From Octopus bimaculoides (Eukaryota): a stretch of DNA of 61,778 nucleotides. The notes beneath the pieces were generated by a model. The model made no database searches, had not been told where the DNA came from, and saw only the letters and a list, made by a program, of their open reading frames with translations. Positions 12,036-25,744 of the stretch are shown here, one piece after another; positions within the stretch are counted from its first letter, which is position 1; each line of letters starts with the position of its first letter. Both the position numbers and the translations under genes were made by a program. The DNA lies in contig NC_068981.1 of the NCBI RefSeq assembly GCF_001194135.2, positions 51,540,121 to 51,601,898 on the forward strand. Direction: 5' to 3'.

Positions 12036-13499
12036 TTTATATATATGTGCATTTGAGTATATATATGTATATATGTATATATATAAGTGTGTGTATGCAT
12101 ATGTGTGTATATGTATTATTGATGTTTAATGTTAATTCGTCTAAACTTAATGACCCATTGTGTAAATTCATCAAAATTAATCGGTGATGCTCTCTATGAG
12201 TTGAGATCATTGTATCTTTACTTGTTATGAGAATTATATAGATTATTATGTTATTGTTTTTGTATAGTAATGAAAGCAACGTAAAGGAAACAATATGTGA
12301 ATGGATGCCTCATGCATTGCGTATATGTATGTGTGTGTGTGTGTGTGTGTATGTGTGTGTGTGTTGCTCATGTGCTTATGTGCGTGCATATGTATATGCT
12401 TGTTTGTATATCTTTGTGTTTGCATATACATATGCTTACATGTACTACATACACACATATAATCTTGTCTGCGGATATCTTTACATAAACGTGGGTCACG
12501 ATAACTTAATGTTTATCACAAACATTTTGAAACAGCGCAACCACTTACTCTCTGCTATGGAAACGAAAGCAGAGCTTGTAAAATTTCTTATGTATGTAAA
12601 TTTGATGGAAACAGAAACATTTTCAGTCTCCTTTTGCGGCTGCCAGAAATATGATGCACAAACGAAACACATAATCATTACTAAAACTATTAAGTATCTG
12701 CGATGTTATCAACTGAAAACTTTTACTGATTAAGAAGTACAACGCAGTAAAGATTTTGTGATAGATAAAACCACATTAATCATAACATGTATGTCCTATA
12801 AATTTCTGTTAATGCGTGTTTCGATGTTAACAATGCCGCTAACTTTTATCGACGTGAAATTCTGTTTCAGTTAATGGAAAAGTTAGTCGTTTACATTGGT
12901 AAAATTTGCACCTTATAATCAATGAAATGGCCTCTGTTTTACTATTATAGCCATAGAAAGCAGCTAATGTTAAGGGTGGGAATCTAATTGGTACATAACC
13001 ACTGAAGCTGGTACCGTAAAGTTAAACGTTGTTTTACTTAGCAATTAGAAATTAATGTTTGTGAAATTTAGGAATATATTTTGGTAGATTATATAGTAAG
13101 TACGTATACGAGTGAGTGAGTCAATTTCTTTTCTTTAGCGTTTAAATTTTTCCTTTTACAGAAGTCAAGCTGATTACTAAGATACACTGTATTTTCTTAA
13201 GTAAAGGCAACTGTTGGAGTTGTGAATATATGAATTATTTACGGTATGAATTATTTATTGCATGTTGATCTGTCACTGGGTAAACTTCTCATCGACAATG
13301 AGTGTGTATTACGATTGAACGTGTATTACATGTGTAATAAATCTTTGCGATTTATTACACATGTTTGTAGGCTATATGTACATGTTATTGTCTGCATATT
13401 TTCAATTCTGAAAGAAAGAATCACAGGAATGATTTATCAATTTTCACCGTTAGATTAATTTACATATTACTTGTGGATATTCTAGAAAAGTTGATGATG

Positions 13500-14810
13500 A
13501 TACAAGTGAAAGCTTCCGTACTTATATAGAACGGCATTTTCTTTCGCAACGTGAAATGTGGGATAACAGCTATATTTTTCATGATATATACCCATACATA
13601 TCTTTCTGCTGATGTGATGAGAATTTCTTAAAGTTACTTTTTAAGTAGGGTAGTCCGTCTACATTTGGCTCATATGGAACAGGTATATACACTGCGAACA
13701 TTTTCTGTTCTTTACCTAATCTCATGATATTATTTTCTCCGTTGAGTATGCACGTACTGTACACATCTTTCTCTTTACTCTTCACGAAATGCCACCTAAT
13801 TGATACAATGTCACATACTGTGGGGATCTTCACTAACCTCATGCTCCTGCCTGCATCTATTCGTTATTACAGATCATGTACATTCGCTAATGGTACGGAG
13901 GTTACCTGTAGTTGTTGATTTACCATTTTGATGTCCAAACCGCGGATTTTTTCAAGATTCCGCATTGATATCCCAAATGCTGGTGCTTTTCTAGAGACAA
14001 GCAAAAGCATTGTGGCACAAGCTGTTATTAATGGTGATAGCTCTTGCATTCGTACCTTCCAAAGTCTGCTGGCGTATTCATCATCATCGTGCCTTTACTC
14101 AAAGTTTCGACGCATTAATAATTCTCCCCAATTCTGTGATTCTTGTAGCATTCATTATTGGGGAAGATAGGGAGGATAGATGATCATTGGCATCCATATT
14201 CACTGAATGGTCGACAATTTTCCCTCGTGTGGCTACCAAAAATGAACATCATCTTCACCAAACTCAAACTGCATTCCTATCCTGTGCGAGAATATTGAAA
14301 CCATTTCACTCTTTTGGTTTCGTGAATATTACTTGAATATGACTACAGGACATCAAACCAAAATACTGTGAGTAACATAAGTTTTTTTGCTTCTCTACAT
14401 AACTTCTCTAAATTCACTTCTTCTCTACATTCACTGCTAAGATGAAACACATTGCAGACAAAGTGTCATTTTGGAATACTCCGATCAATAACAAGATTTT
14501 GTTAGTGACTACAGAAGTACGTTATGTTCTTAACATTAATCCTGCAAACCAAGGTTTTATCAGTCTCTTAATGACATCGGTAGACATCGACAATAGTATC
14601 GAGAGTAATATTTAGAAGCTTCACAAGTGAATCTGTTATGTCTGAGTTGACATAGTCAAACGTCTTCATATAAAGAAGGCAGACAGTCAGTAGAATTTGG
14701 TGAAGTTGTTTTGCTTCCTTAAGTACAGATTTCTTCATAAGAAGCTGTTCCGCACAACGTTAGACTCTTTTCAATCTTTCTTCCTGCTCGTTAGTCGACA
14801 TTGTTTTCTT
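13500..14810 (-). mobile_element. Highly decayed R4/Dong-like (REL-type) non-LTR retrotransposon RT region
   Basis: Minus-strand remnants RCAEQLLMKKSVLKEAK (GCKEQLL-like), KTFDYV, GVFQNDTLSAMCFILAVN (GIFQGDSLS-like), IGMQFEFG, NLEKIRGLDIKM. Many stops and frameshifts. Confidence 0.8.
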
Positions 14811-15349
14811 TATTCACAGTGATAAACATGCAAACAACATGTATACAGTTAATACATAAATTTTAGTAATCCATGTAATAAATTACACTTGATTGGCACT
14901 GTTAGATCACAGCCATGATGGGAGAGACTGATGTAGGCTCATAACTAGGGTTCATCCTACCCTAGGTAAATCAATAAATGACTGCCATATATCCAATTTT
15001 CTTTACAATATTCTACCCTACTGTTATGTTTAGACTTATTATTTCGACAAAACTACATACACAGCTGTACTTTATGAAAAATGAAAAATAATATATAGAA
15101 CATATGTACAGAACATAATTTACGCATAAATTAAAATTAGTCAATGTATAAGCAAGACGATATAAAAATACACAAACGCTTTCTGAAATTAACTAATTTA
15201 AATTATGTGAAACTTTAAAGAAATACCTTCTTTACACCTATTTTTATTAATTTTATAATTCTGACTTGAATTTTAGTAACTTTCGAATTTTAAACAATGC
15301 AAAAGCATGAAAAATCTCAAAACCGCGTGTTCTCAGTATCTTAGCGTTC

Positions 15350-16800
15350 AAAAATGTGTAAAGCTTAATCCAAGAATCACTCTTGGCCTATTGAATCTCT
15401 CAAAGAAGATCAATTCCAAGCTCACGAGAAGCATCTGAACTTAGAAGACTGAGTTTTGTCTAAATAGCTAGTCACAAATTTGTGAAAGCTTTTTCATATC
15501 AAACAAAACAAAAAAAAACTTTAAATGTTTTACAAACTCACAAACTTGCCAAGAAAACCTAAGATTTGTCCATAAAGATCCAAAGCCTTTATCCATCCCA
15601 ATGGTATAAATCAGTCTAATTGCGAGGAAACGTGTATGTGAGTAATGAGCGTTAAGAAGTTTTAATCTCAATCTGATTCAAATGCTAATTCTCAACAATT
15701 CAAAAGTAAATCAAAATTACCAATGCAAGTTTTATGGAGTTGGACAGATAATCCTTCCATTTCGTTATAGTTTTTGGTTAGTGTCACTCTTTTGTTTCGA
15801 ATTTAACTCTACATTCTTAGCATTTCCACTAAAAACGTGGTTCTTAATGGGGCCTCTTTCTATTTGAATATCTTAATATTCCATACTTTCTGTTCTCCAA
15901 CAATGTTTTCCGTAGTTTTAAAAATAAATGTTTCAAGTGCCTTTAAATCAATGGCAGCAGATTCTAACCTCATAATATGGCCTTGGAATTACTTTTGAGT
16001 AGGGTGAATCCGAATGAATATTTTATTTCCAAAATTTTAGTGATACCTATAAATTGAAAGTCAAAGTTTTATTCATCTCCTGACTTGCAATTTGGTATTG
16101 GCCATCATCTATACTTTGTAAGAGATCCATTATAACATGAAATTGTTCATGAACTATCGTTACAGTTTCTCTTGGTACACCATCGAATGTCAGATTCAGA
16201 TTTACCAACTACTGGTATAATATCTATCAGCTTTAGGCAACGGAGAATTGAAAAGAAAAGTGAGTGAATGAAGTGATTGACTTGCACTGAAAAAAGTTTC
16301 ATCACGTATCATCAATATATCATGCTTATCATGCACGAACAAATTCACAGAATGTTTATCGCAGTTTACAAAAATAGCTTTTCTATATATGTTTTCTCAA
16401 TCTTGTGTTGAACACCACTTTTATAACCAGCTATCACTTCAGCGTTGTCATTGCATTCAAATGGACAGTCTTCTAACAGCATTTCGTCTTTTATAAGTTG
16501 TTCTTAAATTACATCCAACATGTTTTCAGGATCCTTTCGTTTTATTGAAAACAATATTATGGAATTGATGTTTTTTTTCTTAAAATAAATATCAACCTAC
16601 CAAACAATTTCTGCCGTTTGTTCTCAGTTTACTTGACCTGCAGCAAAATGAAGTCAAATTATATGGCCCTATGTATGCTATGTAACAAATCCTGGCTACA
16701 AAAGACGCCTTGCCTAAGTACATAGATTCTTCCGGAACGGAAATGAAAATCATATTCTTTCATGTTGTCATTCCACGTCAATAAGATGTTTGTTGTCTTT
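15350..16800 (-). mobile_element. Decayed hAT-superfamily transposase
   Basis: EDCPFECNDNAEVIAGYKSGVQHKIE..FVNCDKHSVNL resembles the hAT GQxYDNA..MAG...GVQ...CxxHxLNL motif. KSESDIRW resembles the ETRW motif. Confidence 0.75.
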
Positions 16801-17379
16801 ATTCCAAAATTATTTACCAACAATTAATAAACCCCCCAAACTGTCCGTAAATAGGAAAATTTCCGCACGTATGTATATGTGAATCTCCTTGACTTTTGTG
16901 AGTCTGTGTAGAGAATAAGTTAGAGAAAGAGAGACAGAGACTCCGAGGGAGAGAGGGAGAGGGGTGGATTCATATCATTACCTGATGCTTGGTAGTGACG
17001 ACTGAACTGCCAATTTTTATGATATCAAACATTAATGCAGCATTTGAATGAAGTTTGACTTGAAATCCTATACTACACAAACACGTTACACGCACATATA
17101 CACAAATATAAACATACGCACACATACATCTGTGTATGTATGTGTGTGAGTGCGTGTGTGTGTATGTTTATGTCTATATACGTATATATGCGTATATGTA
17201 TACAGGGTGTTCGGGTTAAATTTCACAGATTGCATACTTCAGTATTCCTCCATTGCCGCCAACCCACCTTCGCTCTTCCAATTTCCCCTTCTCCTCCCTA
17301 CTGGCATTTAAAACTACATCCTTTCCCTTTATTTAGATACACGTTCCTCCCTTCGCTCATCACACCTACTTCTCTTCTC

Positions 17380-17590
17380 ACGTCTATAGCTTCCACCATC
17401 ACTGATTAATAACATCTATTGATAACGCAGCAAGCGACATCAACCTTCACAGTACCTACATCCCACCACTCCCAACTCATCTCTCGACTCCTCACTTCTC
17501 TCAATTACCTGCTCACTTGCCCAACCCTCACCCGGCTTCACCTCTCCTACCTCTTCTTGCCCTCCCTCTATTTCAACTCTCCTTTTTCTA
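17380..17590 (+). mobile_element. Possible Penelope family A thumb fragment
   Basis: Pyrimidine-rich, with weak translated similarity to 5680-5880. Confidence 0.35.
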
Positions 17591-17614
17591 AGTATCTCTA
17601 ATAGCGAGATTGAT

Positions 17615-17734
17615 AGAGAGATACATACACACACACACATAACCCGCGCGCACAAACATTCACACACATACATACATACATACATACATACATACATACA
17701 TGCATACATACATACATGCATACATACATACATA

Positions 17735-17787
<53 letters not shown>
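17615..17787. repeat. (CA)/(TACA)/(TA)n compound microsatellite
   Basis: Directly visible. Confidence 0.95.
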
Positions 17788-17790
<3 letters not shown>

Positions 17791-17959
17791 TACACACAAA
17801 ATTGATCGCAGTCAATTACTCAGCAAGGTGTGTCTCTCCTCCTCTCCGAGGTTCTTTAATCTTCTTTGTTTTACTTGTTTAAATCATAGCCTGCAGCCAT
17901 GTTGAAGTGTTCATCCCAACAAATAGAACTCTGTACTTATTATTATTTTTTTATTTATT

Positions 17960-18160
17960 TCGAAGTCTGGTGCTAAATCTATCAGTTCCTTTGCAAGTCC
18001 CTCTAATATAGTTTCCACAGAGTTTCCGCCAACCAAATTCACTCACAAGACACTGATTAGCTTAGTGATAGAGTAGAAAATACTTGCCCAATATTCAGTC
18101 CAGAGAAACTCAACCCGGAACCACATAGTTGCAAAGCGAGCTTCTTAACCGCACATATCT
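17960..18160 (-). mobile_element. tRNA-derived SINE (third family, same as 46310-46710), degraded
   Basis: Plus-strand CCAAATTCACTCACAAGAC...AGTAGAAAATACTTGCCC...GCTTCTTAACCGCAC is shared with 27920-28075 and 42490-42600. Confidence 0.75.
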
Positions 18161-19309
18161 GCACCAACGTAATATTGTATAATGTAGAATAACATTGTTT
18201 TTTTTTGTTTTTGTTTTTGGCGCACTTGGCGATTTGAATGAAGCGATACAAAATGGAATCTTTAAATCAGTATCATACTATAGTTTTTCATAATCTAATC
18301 TTCTTATTTAATTTAAGATTATTATCTAAATTTTATTATATTTATTTAGTTTGGTTTCTATGTATCGCTTAAAAGAAAACTGATTTTATGACATCAAAAA
18401 TATATTATAGCAAATGGATTGACGGATTTATCTCTCTAACGCTGAGATTCTACCGTTTTCATTAGCTATCTCAGAATAGTAGGTGTTTATTGTGAATTAG
18501 ACAGATATGCTGAGTATTAAACTGAGACTAATGTTTCATAAATACGCATTTTGTTTTTTAATCTAGCGAAGATTGATTTAAAGGAGTGATAAAGATGTAT
18601 AGGCACATTAATGCATAGTGTCCCCTCCAGAAACAGGTCAGTCGGAAAATACACAATACGGATTATTTATTGGTTGTAACTAATTGTGGAATGAAGGTAA
18701 CATTTTATGCATGAATTGCTTATGTATGGATGGCCATAATAGAATATCGAGACATTCACATTTACGCATCAATAATGTACTAACATTGCAGTAAAGCACC
18801 TTAAAGCAAAATCGAAATATATTGATTTTTGGTTCATTGGGAGTTCACTCTTTAATTTTGTGAGCGCCACACAGCATCTTTATGATACCTTAGAATCATT
18901 TTCTTTGTTCGATCATTCTCAAATATCTGAAGATATAAGTAGGTCTTTCAGATTTAACATACGACATAAATTTAAAACTGCGCTGTATCTGATATATCAA
19001 CAATGATTTTGCATATGAAATTAAGGGCTTTGAATTGGCTTCATTCACTTAGCTAGAAGTTTACGTGAAGCACGTTGAATGTTTGCAATTTAGGAATTTT
19101 TGAGAAGTGGGTTAATTATATCAACTCTAATACATAATGGGTACCTTATCTTATTGGCTTCTACACAAGAACACGCAAACTTCACCTCAATGGGATTTGA
19201 GCTCAGAATGTAAAATAGCTAGATTAACGACTGTACAGCAAACTTTTCGTCGTTCTAATGATTCTGTCAATTCAGAAACGTTCTTTAACTGAATCACTTT
19301 AAGGTTTGT

Positions 19310-20245
19310 TAGTTTTGCCTCTTACTTATGAGATTGGTATTTAGACAGTGTATTACATATCACAGGGCCCCAGTAATTACAGGTATAAACCTGAACTTGT
19401 AATCTGGATAGAGTAACTGTAGATTTATCAATAGTTCAGCATAAGCGTTCTCTTTTTCACTGATCTTCAGCTTTATGTTAACATCTGCTGGACAGCTAAT
19501 TTCCACAACTGTGCACAATTTCTCTTCTCTGTCCCAAATCATTATATCAGGTTTGTTGTGCTTACATTTTATTGGGGTCTTCACTGGTACATTCCACCAG
19601 TATTCCTTTTCATTATGAGTGGCTATGTTTCTACCATATTGTTGGTTTTTATTTCTTTGTCCTCAGAATTATTCTTCTGCTGGATTTCATTATAGAGTGT
19701 GCTAGCTACATTTTCGGACAACTGTTTATGGTGTGGGTGTTATCTTCAGTGTGAACTCCACAAAGTCTGCATTGTTTGTCACATTTTACGGCTTTTCCCG
19801 CATCTCTATCCCTTTTGTACATCAGGTCCTTGGTTGATATTTCCTGTTCCTTGATTGCAAATGCATACCCTCCAACGTGGGATGTAATAATCCGGCTATT
19901 GGTCCATGAGAAACTACTTTGATAGTCGATGTTACAATCATTACGAAGCTTTCTATTAACATATCCATGCGTAGTCTTCTGCTCATATAGGCTTATCCTT
20001 TCATCTGATGATATGTTGTGCGACTTCTTTGGGCATGTATTCTAGGTTATCAGACAAAGAGCGTTGCTCACGGGGCTGCCTTCCAAATCTTATGATGTTA
20101 TCAGCTTCATGTATGCAAAGTTGGTCAAGAGATGCTTCGACGCTTGGTGGTTGAAAGATGTTGCCGAAAGGATATGATACGACATTAAGCCTCTGCTGCC
20201 TTGTTTATGTTTTACGTAGAGGCGGTCTACATCACTGTCTATATG
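19310..20245 (-). mobile_element. R4/Dong-like LINE 3' part with zinc knuckle and REL endonuclease
   Basis: DSDVDRLYV...; KCKHNKPDIMIWDREEKLCTVVEISCPADVNIKLKISEKENAYAEL...FIPVITGAL (PD..D/ExK-type REL). Confidence 0.9.
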
Positions 20246-20309
20246 TGCATGTATGTATGTATGTCATTATTCAATTTTATTTCACGATTTCTTGTCAATA
20301 GGGAAATCG

Positions 20310-21430
20310 GTTACCATATTTTGCTGCTTTCCTTACATCTCTTCCCTTTTGTGTATCAGGTATTTGGCTGATATTTCGTGCTCTTGAATTGAAAGTATCA
20401 TACTCTTCAAAATGAGAGATAGTAATCCGGCTGTTCGTCCATGATCGACTACTTTGATGATCAATGTTATTATCTTCTCTGAGCATTCTACTGACAAATC
20501 CATGCATGATTTCTGCTTATATACGCTCAGCTTTTCATTTGATGATATGTGGGGTAGAGTCGTGTGACCTCTTTGGACATGTATTTCAGGTTATCAGACA
20601 AGGAATGCGGCTCAAGGAGCTGCTTCCCAAGTCCATTGATGTTATGAGCCTCTTGTATGCAAACTTGGGCAACGGATGCACTTCGACACTTGATGGTTAA
20701 AAGATGTTGCCGATGGGAGATGATACGACATTCAAAGGCAATCCGGAGCGATGTTAAGTCTCTGTTCCTTTGTTTTTCTTCCAGGTAGAGGCGCTCGACG
20801 TCATTGTGACAATTACGTGTGCTGGTTAGTATCTTCCGGTTTTCCACACCAATAATTCAGATCTCTTCAAGCGTCCAATCAAGTAGCCCCAATGTTCGTA
20901 TGAGTAGTGGTACTACAAACACATAGTTTCATTGAATGGAGAGAGTTCCGAGATACATATTTTCTTTATTCAGCTATAACATTCTTCAGTCACACGTGTC
21001 TTGTTACAGATGCCCTCTTAAGATATGTTTTCATCCACCCTTAGGTACTTGTAACATTTCTCGTCAGGGAAAACACTTAAGTCATTGATGGAGTTGTGCT
21101 ACTCTGGTTTCCGGTTTTTTTCCTATTTTCACAACCATATGGCAACATTTATCCTGACCAAACTCCAACCTCATATTCTTTGAGAATGTTGCAAACAGGT
21201 CAAAGCTCTTTTTCATCTCATGCATATTCTTGGTATACAGTTTCAAGTCATCCATAAAGGAAAAGTGTGTAATTTTGGTGTTTCTCTTTCCTTGCGAAAC
21301 AGTGAGATACCTTTCAGGCTTCTTTAGCATGAATGACAAAGGGTTTACAGAAAGTATGAACAGCATCACAGAACGACTGTCCCCTTGAAATATACCTCTG
21401 CGATATTGTAATCTATGTATTCTATGCATT
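20310..21430 (-). mobile_element. R4/Dong-like LINE RT-to-thumb fragment (second, diverged copy)
   Basis: RRGIFQGDSRSVMLFILSVNPLSFML...HFSFMDDLKLY...LEFGQDKC; HNDVERLYLEEKQRNRDLTSL. Confidence 0.92.
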
Positions 21431-21504
21431 CATGTATGTATGTATGCCTAGATCTATGAATGCATGCATGTATGTATGCATGCATTATTTATATATATGT
21501 GCAT

Positions 21505-21790
21505 ATGCATGGCTGAGTGGTTAAGAATTTTGAACCGCAGCTATGACGTCGCCGGTTCTATTCTAACATGCAGCATCTTGAATACATGTATTAACCAGAA
21601 CCTCGGATTGCACCGAGTGTTACTAGTGAATTTGGGTGAACAGGAACTAAACAGAAGGCTGTCGAATGAAATATACCTTTAATTCAAATGTCCAGTCTCA
21701 ATGGATACGTGTCACACTGATTCTACATGAGAATTGCATTAAGAGTGTGTGTCTATAGAATATTGAGCCATTTTGCATGCTAATTTATTG
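21505..21790 (+). mobile_element. Degraded tRNA-derived SINE
   Basis: Head GCATGGCTGAGTGGTTAAGAA...GCCGGTTCTATTC. Tail similar to the 8.1-kb SINE tail. Confidence 0.6.
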
Positions 21791-22149
21791 AGCAGGCCAT
21801 CCAGTTTACGAAAGAAAACAACTATGCCTTCACACTCTGAAATTGGCATATAAGTCTGTTATCATCACCAGGTGTGTGTGTGTTTGAACCCATGTATGTA
21901 CGTATGTATTTTCACACACATGCAAGTATGTAAGCATAGATGCTGTTGCATGTATGGATATTATGTTTTGACAAGTGTATGTACAGAGACATGTTTGCAA
22001 GTATATACCTGTGCATATGGATTTATTGCATACTTCATTTCAGGATAATGATTTCCTAATTACCTGTGTCTTATCTATTGTTATTTTTATAATCCTGCAT
22101 TTCAAGATTGTTATTAATGCAATTAGTAACACAATTCCCGAAAATTATT

Positions 22150-22500
22150 AGTATAAATATAAAGCTATAATATGGGTAGAGCATTGACAACTTTCTCATT
22201 AGTTCGGATAAACTTTTTCATTATGTTGCCATTTGATGGGCAAATGATTTCCACAACTATGCATTATTTCTTTGCTCTCTCGCAGTTCCGTATGACTGTT
22301 TTGTTGAGTTTTCATATCATTGAGATCTTGACAGCAATATTTCACCAGTATTCTTTTCTGTTCAGAGAAACTATTCCTCACACATAGCTGTGTCATTACA
22401 CAATTTTATCCCCTGAGATATCCTTTCTACGGATTGTAATGTATATTGTTTTGACCAAGACATCATGCCTCACAGTTTGAATTTATGCCATGACATTCCT
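22150..22500 (-). mobile_element. R4/Dong-like REL endonuclease fragment, decayed
   Basis: RHDVLVKTIYITIRRKD (RHD motif) and IVVEIICPSNGNIMKK in a shifted frame. Confidence 0.7.
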
Positions 22501-22548
22501 GGAATGCTGCTAATTATAGGGCAGCATCTTCGAAGTTAATTTCATAAA

Positions 22549-22552
<4 letters not shown>

Positions 22553-22626
<74 letters not shown>

Positions 22627-22630
22627 TGTG
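22553..22630. repeat. (TG)n microsatellite
   Basis: Directly visible. Confidence 0.97.
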
Positions 22631-23302
22631 TGATTGCGTGTTTGTGTACGTAGATGTATTCCTTTTATGATCCTTTTTATGTGGATATTTTCGTAAACAT
22701 GTGCGCCTTTCCCATGCAGTATTTAAGCGAGCTGCACGAAATCACAATTTGTGGAGTGGATGGGATATGGCTGACGTGCGATATATGTGATTGTAATTGT
22801 CTTTTCAAGGTTTACCTCTATTTTCACCAATGAAGTCATTGGATGAGATAGCAGTTTTCAACATTATGTTCATGAAACGAGATTGCATAATTCACAGAAC
22901 CTGTGGAAATGTTTTCAAATCTATTGGTTGCTGAAAAAGTGTTGTACAACGGAATACACTACTAAATATTGATGAGCACATCCTCATCTTTGTAAGATCT
23001 GGCAAACGATGTGTGGGAGCCTAGTATACCGAAAGAGTTACAGCTGAAAGCAATTTTTTTAAAGAGTTCCCGATGTTATCTAGGGACACCCGTTATCAAC
23101 TATGATGTATGTATATTTATATGTATATATATATAGGAATGTAAGTAAGTATTTATGTGGATATTCATGCATGTAGATATATATGTTTGTATGTTTTTAT
23201 AAGCCAGTAAAAGGTTATTTGAAACTATGTGGAATAACTGTAAAACACCAACCGTACAATTTACTATTTATGCAGATTATAACTCTAACGACATGTATCA
23301 GT

Positions 23303-23361
<59 letters not shown>

Positions 23362-23399
23362 CTTTAAAACAATATTATATTAATGAAAATTGGAGTCAT

Positions 23400-24480
23400 C
23401 ACTTTTCTTTCAACAAGGAACAAGTGTATTCATTTCTGTGATATAGAATTCTTGAGTTTAGAATCTGGTCTTCGAAGGGAATTTCAACTCCAATTACCCG
23501 GTTGCTGAATACCATTCTTTGCTGGAATCCGTCGAGATGCTTCAAAATGTAGTGACTGGTAGGAGTGGTAGCTAAGAAGGAAATGAATGATGTAGCGTTT
23601 CGTAACTCAGTTCAATTTACATAATTATTTTTCAAGACGCGCGGTGTTTTAATGGAAAAGAATTCGTCCCCTCGCCTGGCCCATATTCGGTGTAAAAGTT
23701 GCATTTCTTAATGAATTTTCTTTCTTTCCTGGCAAACGATTTTATGTCATGGATTCACTAGGTTTCAAGGCATAGTAGCGGATGATTCCGTTTGCTGATC
23801 ACCAAACACTAAGCATAACCATTTCTGATGTCGCTTCGGTTCAACTTGGCCTATCCTGTCAGTTGTTATATAGAATTTTTCGTTTACTCACATATTATTA
23901 TTTAGTAAAGTAGATAGTTTTTCTTGAGGAATACAAGCGTATAGCAGATATCGTAATGGCAATTTCTTTCTAGTTCACTCAATAGTTTTCATTTTGTTGA
24001 ACATTTGTTGAATCCTCAGCTAATAATTCTTCTGCAGCCTTTCGAGACGCTTTGCGTGGGGCGGCTTTAATATTAGCCTTCAACTGGTCATTGTTAATTT
24101 CAGAAAGTCGTCCGCAGCCGTTCTTATCGTCGAGGCTCCCGGCTCCAGTACGGAAATCTTGAAATATAAATGTTGATCTTTGTGTTCAATTAATGATCCT
24201 CTCTCCAAATGCTTGCGTGAATTTGGAAGTGGTTTCTTCTGATCTGCGTTATATTCGAACCATATGCAGTAAAACTCTCGAATTTACTTTCTTTATTGCC
24301 ATCTTAATTTCGCAAACTAAAACAGTCAAGAATAAACAGTAAAAGCAAAGCCATTAGCATAAATCAATAGACCAAAATCTACGCTTCAAGTTTGCACGAA
24401 CAAAAGATGTAGTTTCTTCCTAAATAATCATTAAATTTTAAAATAACAAAAAGAAAATTATTTTTGTGCCACCATAAGTG
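23400..24480 (-). mobile_element. Decayed mariner transposon
   Basis: FQDFRTGAGSLDDKNGCGRLSEINNDQLKANIKAAP (mariner HTH linker). Degenerate TIR-like end at about 24455-24478. Confidence 0.8.
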
Positions 24481-25686
24481 TTTTGGTAAACGAAGTAAAG
24501 TTTTGCTTTTTCTTGCTTGTAATTTGAACATATTGACGAGAAATAAACGCAGAATACACGCCAAAAGTCTTCGCTATCGTTTCGTTATTGAATATTTATT
24601 ATTTACATATATTTACCATTTCCCTTCACATAATTTCTAAAACATAAGGTTATTTCTAACTTTTAATTGTTAATAGTCAACTAGAAAATTATCCATCTAT
24701 GAAATGTAAATCTTACACATAATCATTTCATAAATTAAGCTTTCGTTTCACATAATACATTTTAAACTGAATATTCTTTTGAAAAATGCTTCAATGAGTT
24801 TCAAAAGAAAATAATTATGCGATGAATGTTCATTTTATTTAATTATAATCTTTCTCATTTCAATATTGAACATATTTAAGAGGAAAATATAAAATAACAT
24901 CAACTCTTGCAAAAAAAAAAGTAACTAATTTCTTGTATAACATGTATATATGTTGTGTTTATTTCCTCTTTTCCTTTCAATGCATTACAAATGATTTGAA
25001 TGATTTAATGGTAAAAAGAAGTTGTACAAAGAAACTAAAGTCGTAAAATTGTGATTTTCATAACACAAAAAAATATTATAAATCGGTTTTCATATGGAAA
25101 AAAAAAAACACGTGGGTGAAAGGAACTCATTTTGAACATTTAATAAATACAACTAAATAGAGAGAAAGAACATTGAATATTTTCGATATAAATGTATGCG
25201 TGTATACTTATTTGCATATATGAAAAAATATGCAGTTTTTTCACTCTTCCTACGTAAACTTTTAAGTTTCCACACAATGTTTTATATACACATACTGGCA
25301 GACAAACCGAGATTCACAAACACACATTGCATATACATACTTACATACATACATACATACAGACAGACAGACAGACAGATAGAGAGATAGATTCTATATT
25401 TATAAATATATAAATGTATATATATATTATAATATACATATATACATATTAAGGTGTATATATATANNNNNNNNNNNNNNNNNNNNNNNNNNNNNNNNNN
25501 NNNNNNNNNNNNNNNNNNNNNNNNNNNNNNNNNNNNNNNNNNNNNNNNNNNNNNNNNNNNNNNNNNNNNNNNNNNNNNNNNNNNNNNNNNNNNNNNNNNN
25601 NNNNNNNNNNNNNNNNNNNNNNNNNNNNNNNNNNNNNNNNNNNNNNNNNNNNNNNNNNNNNNNNNNNNNNNNNNNNNNNNNNNNNN

Positions 25687-25744
<58 letters not shown>

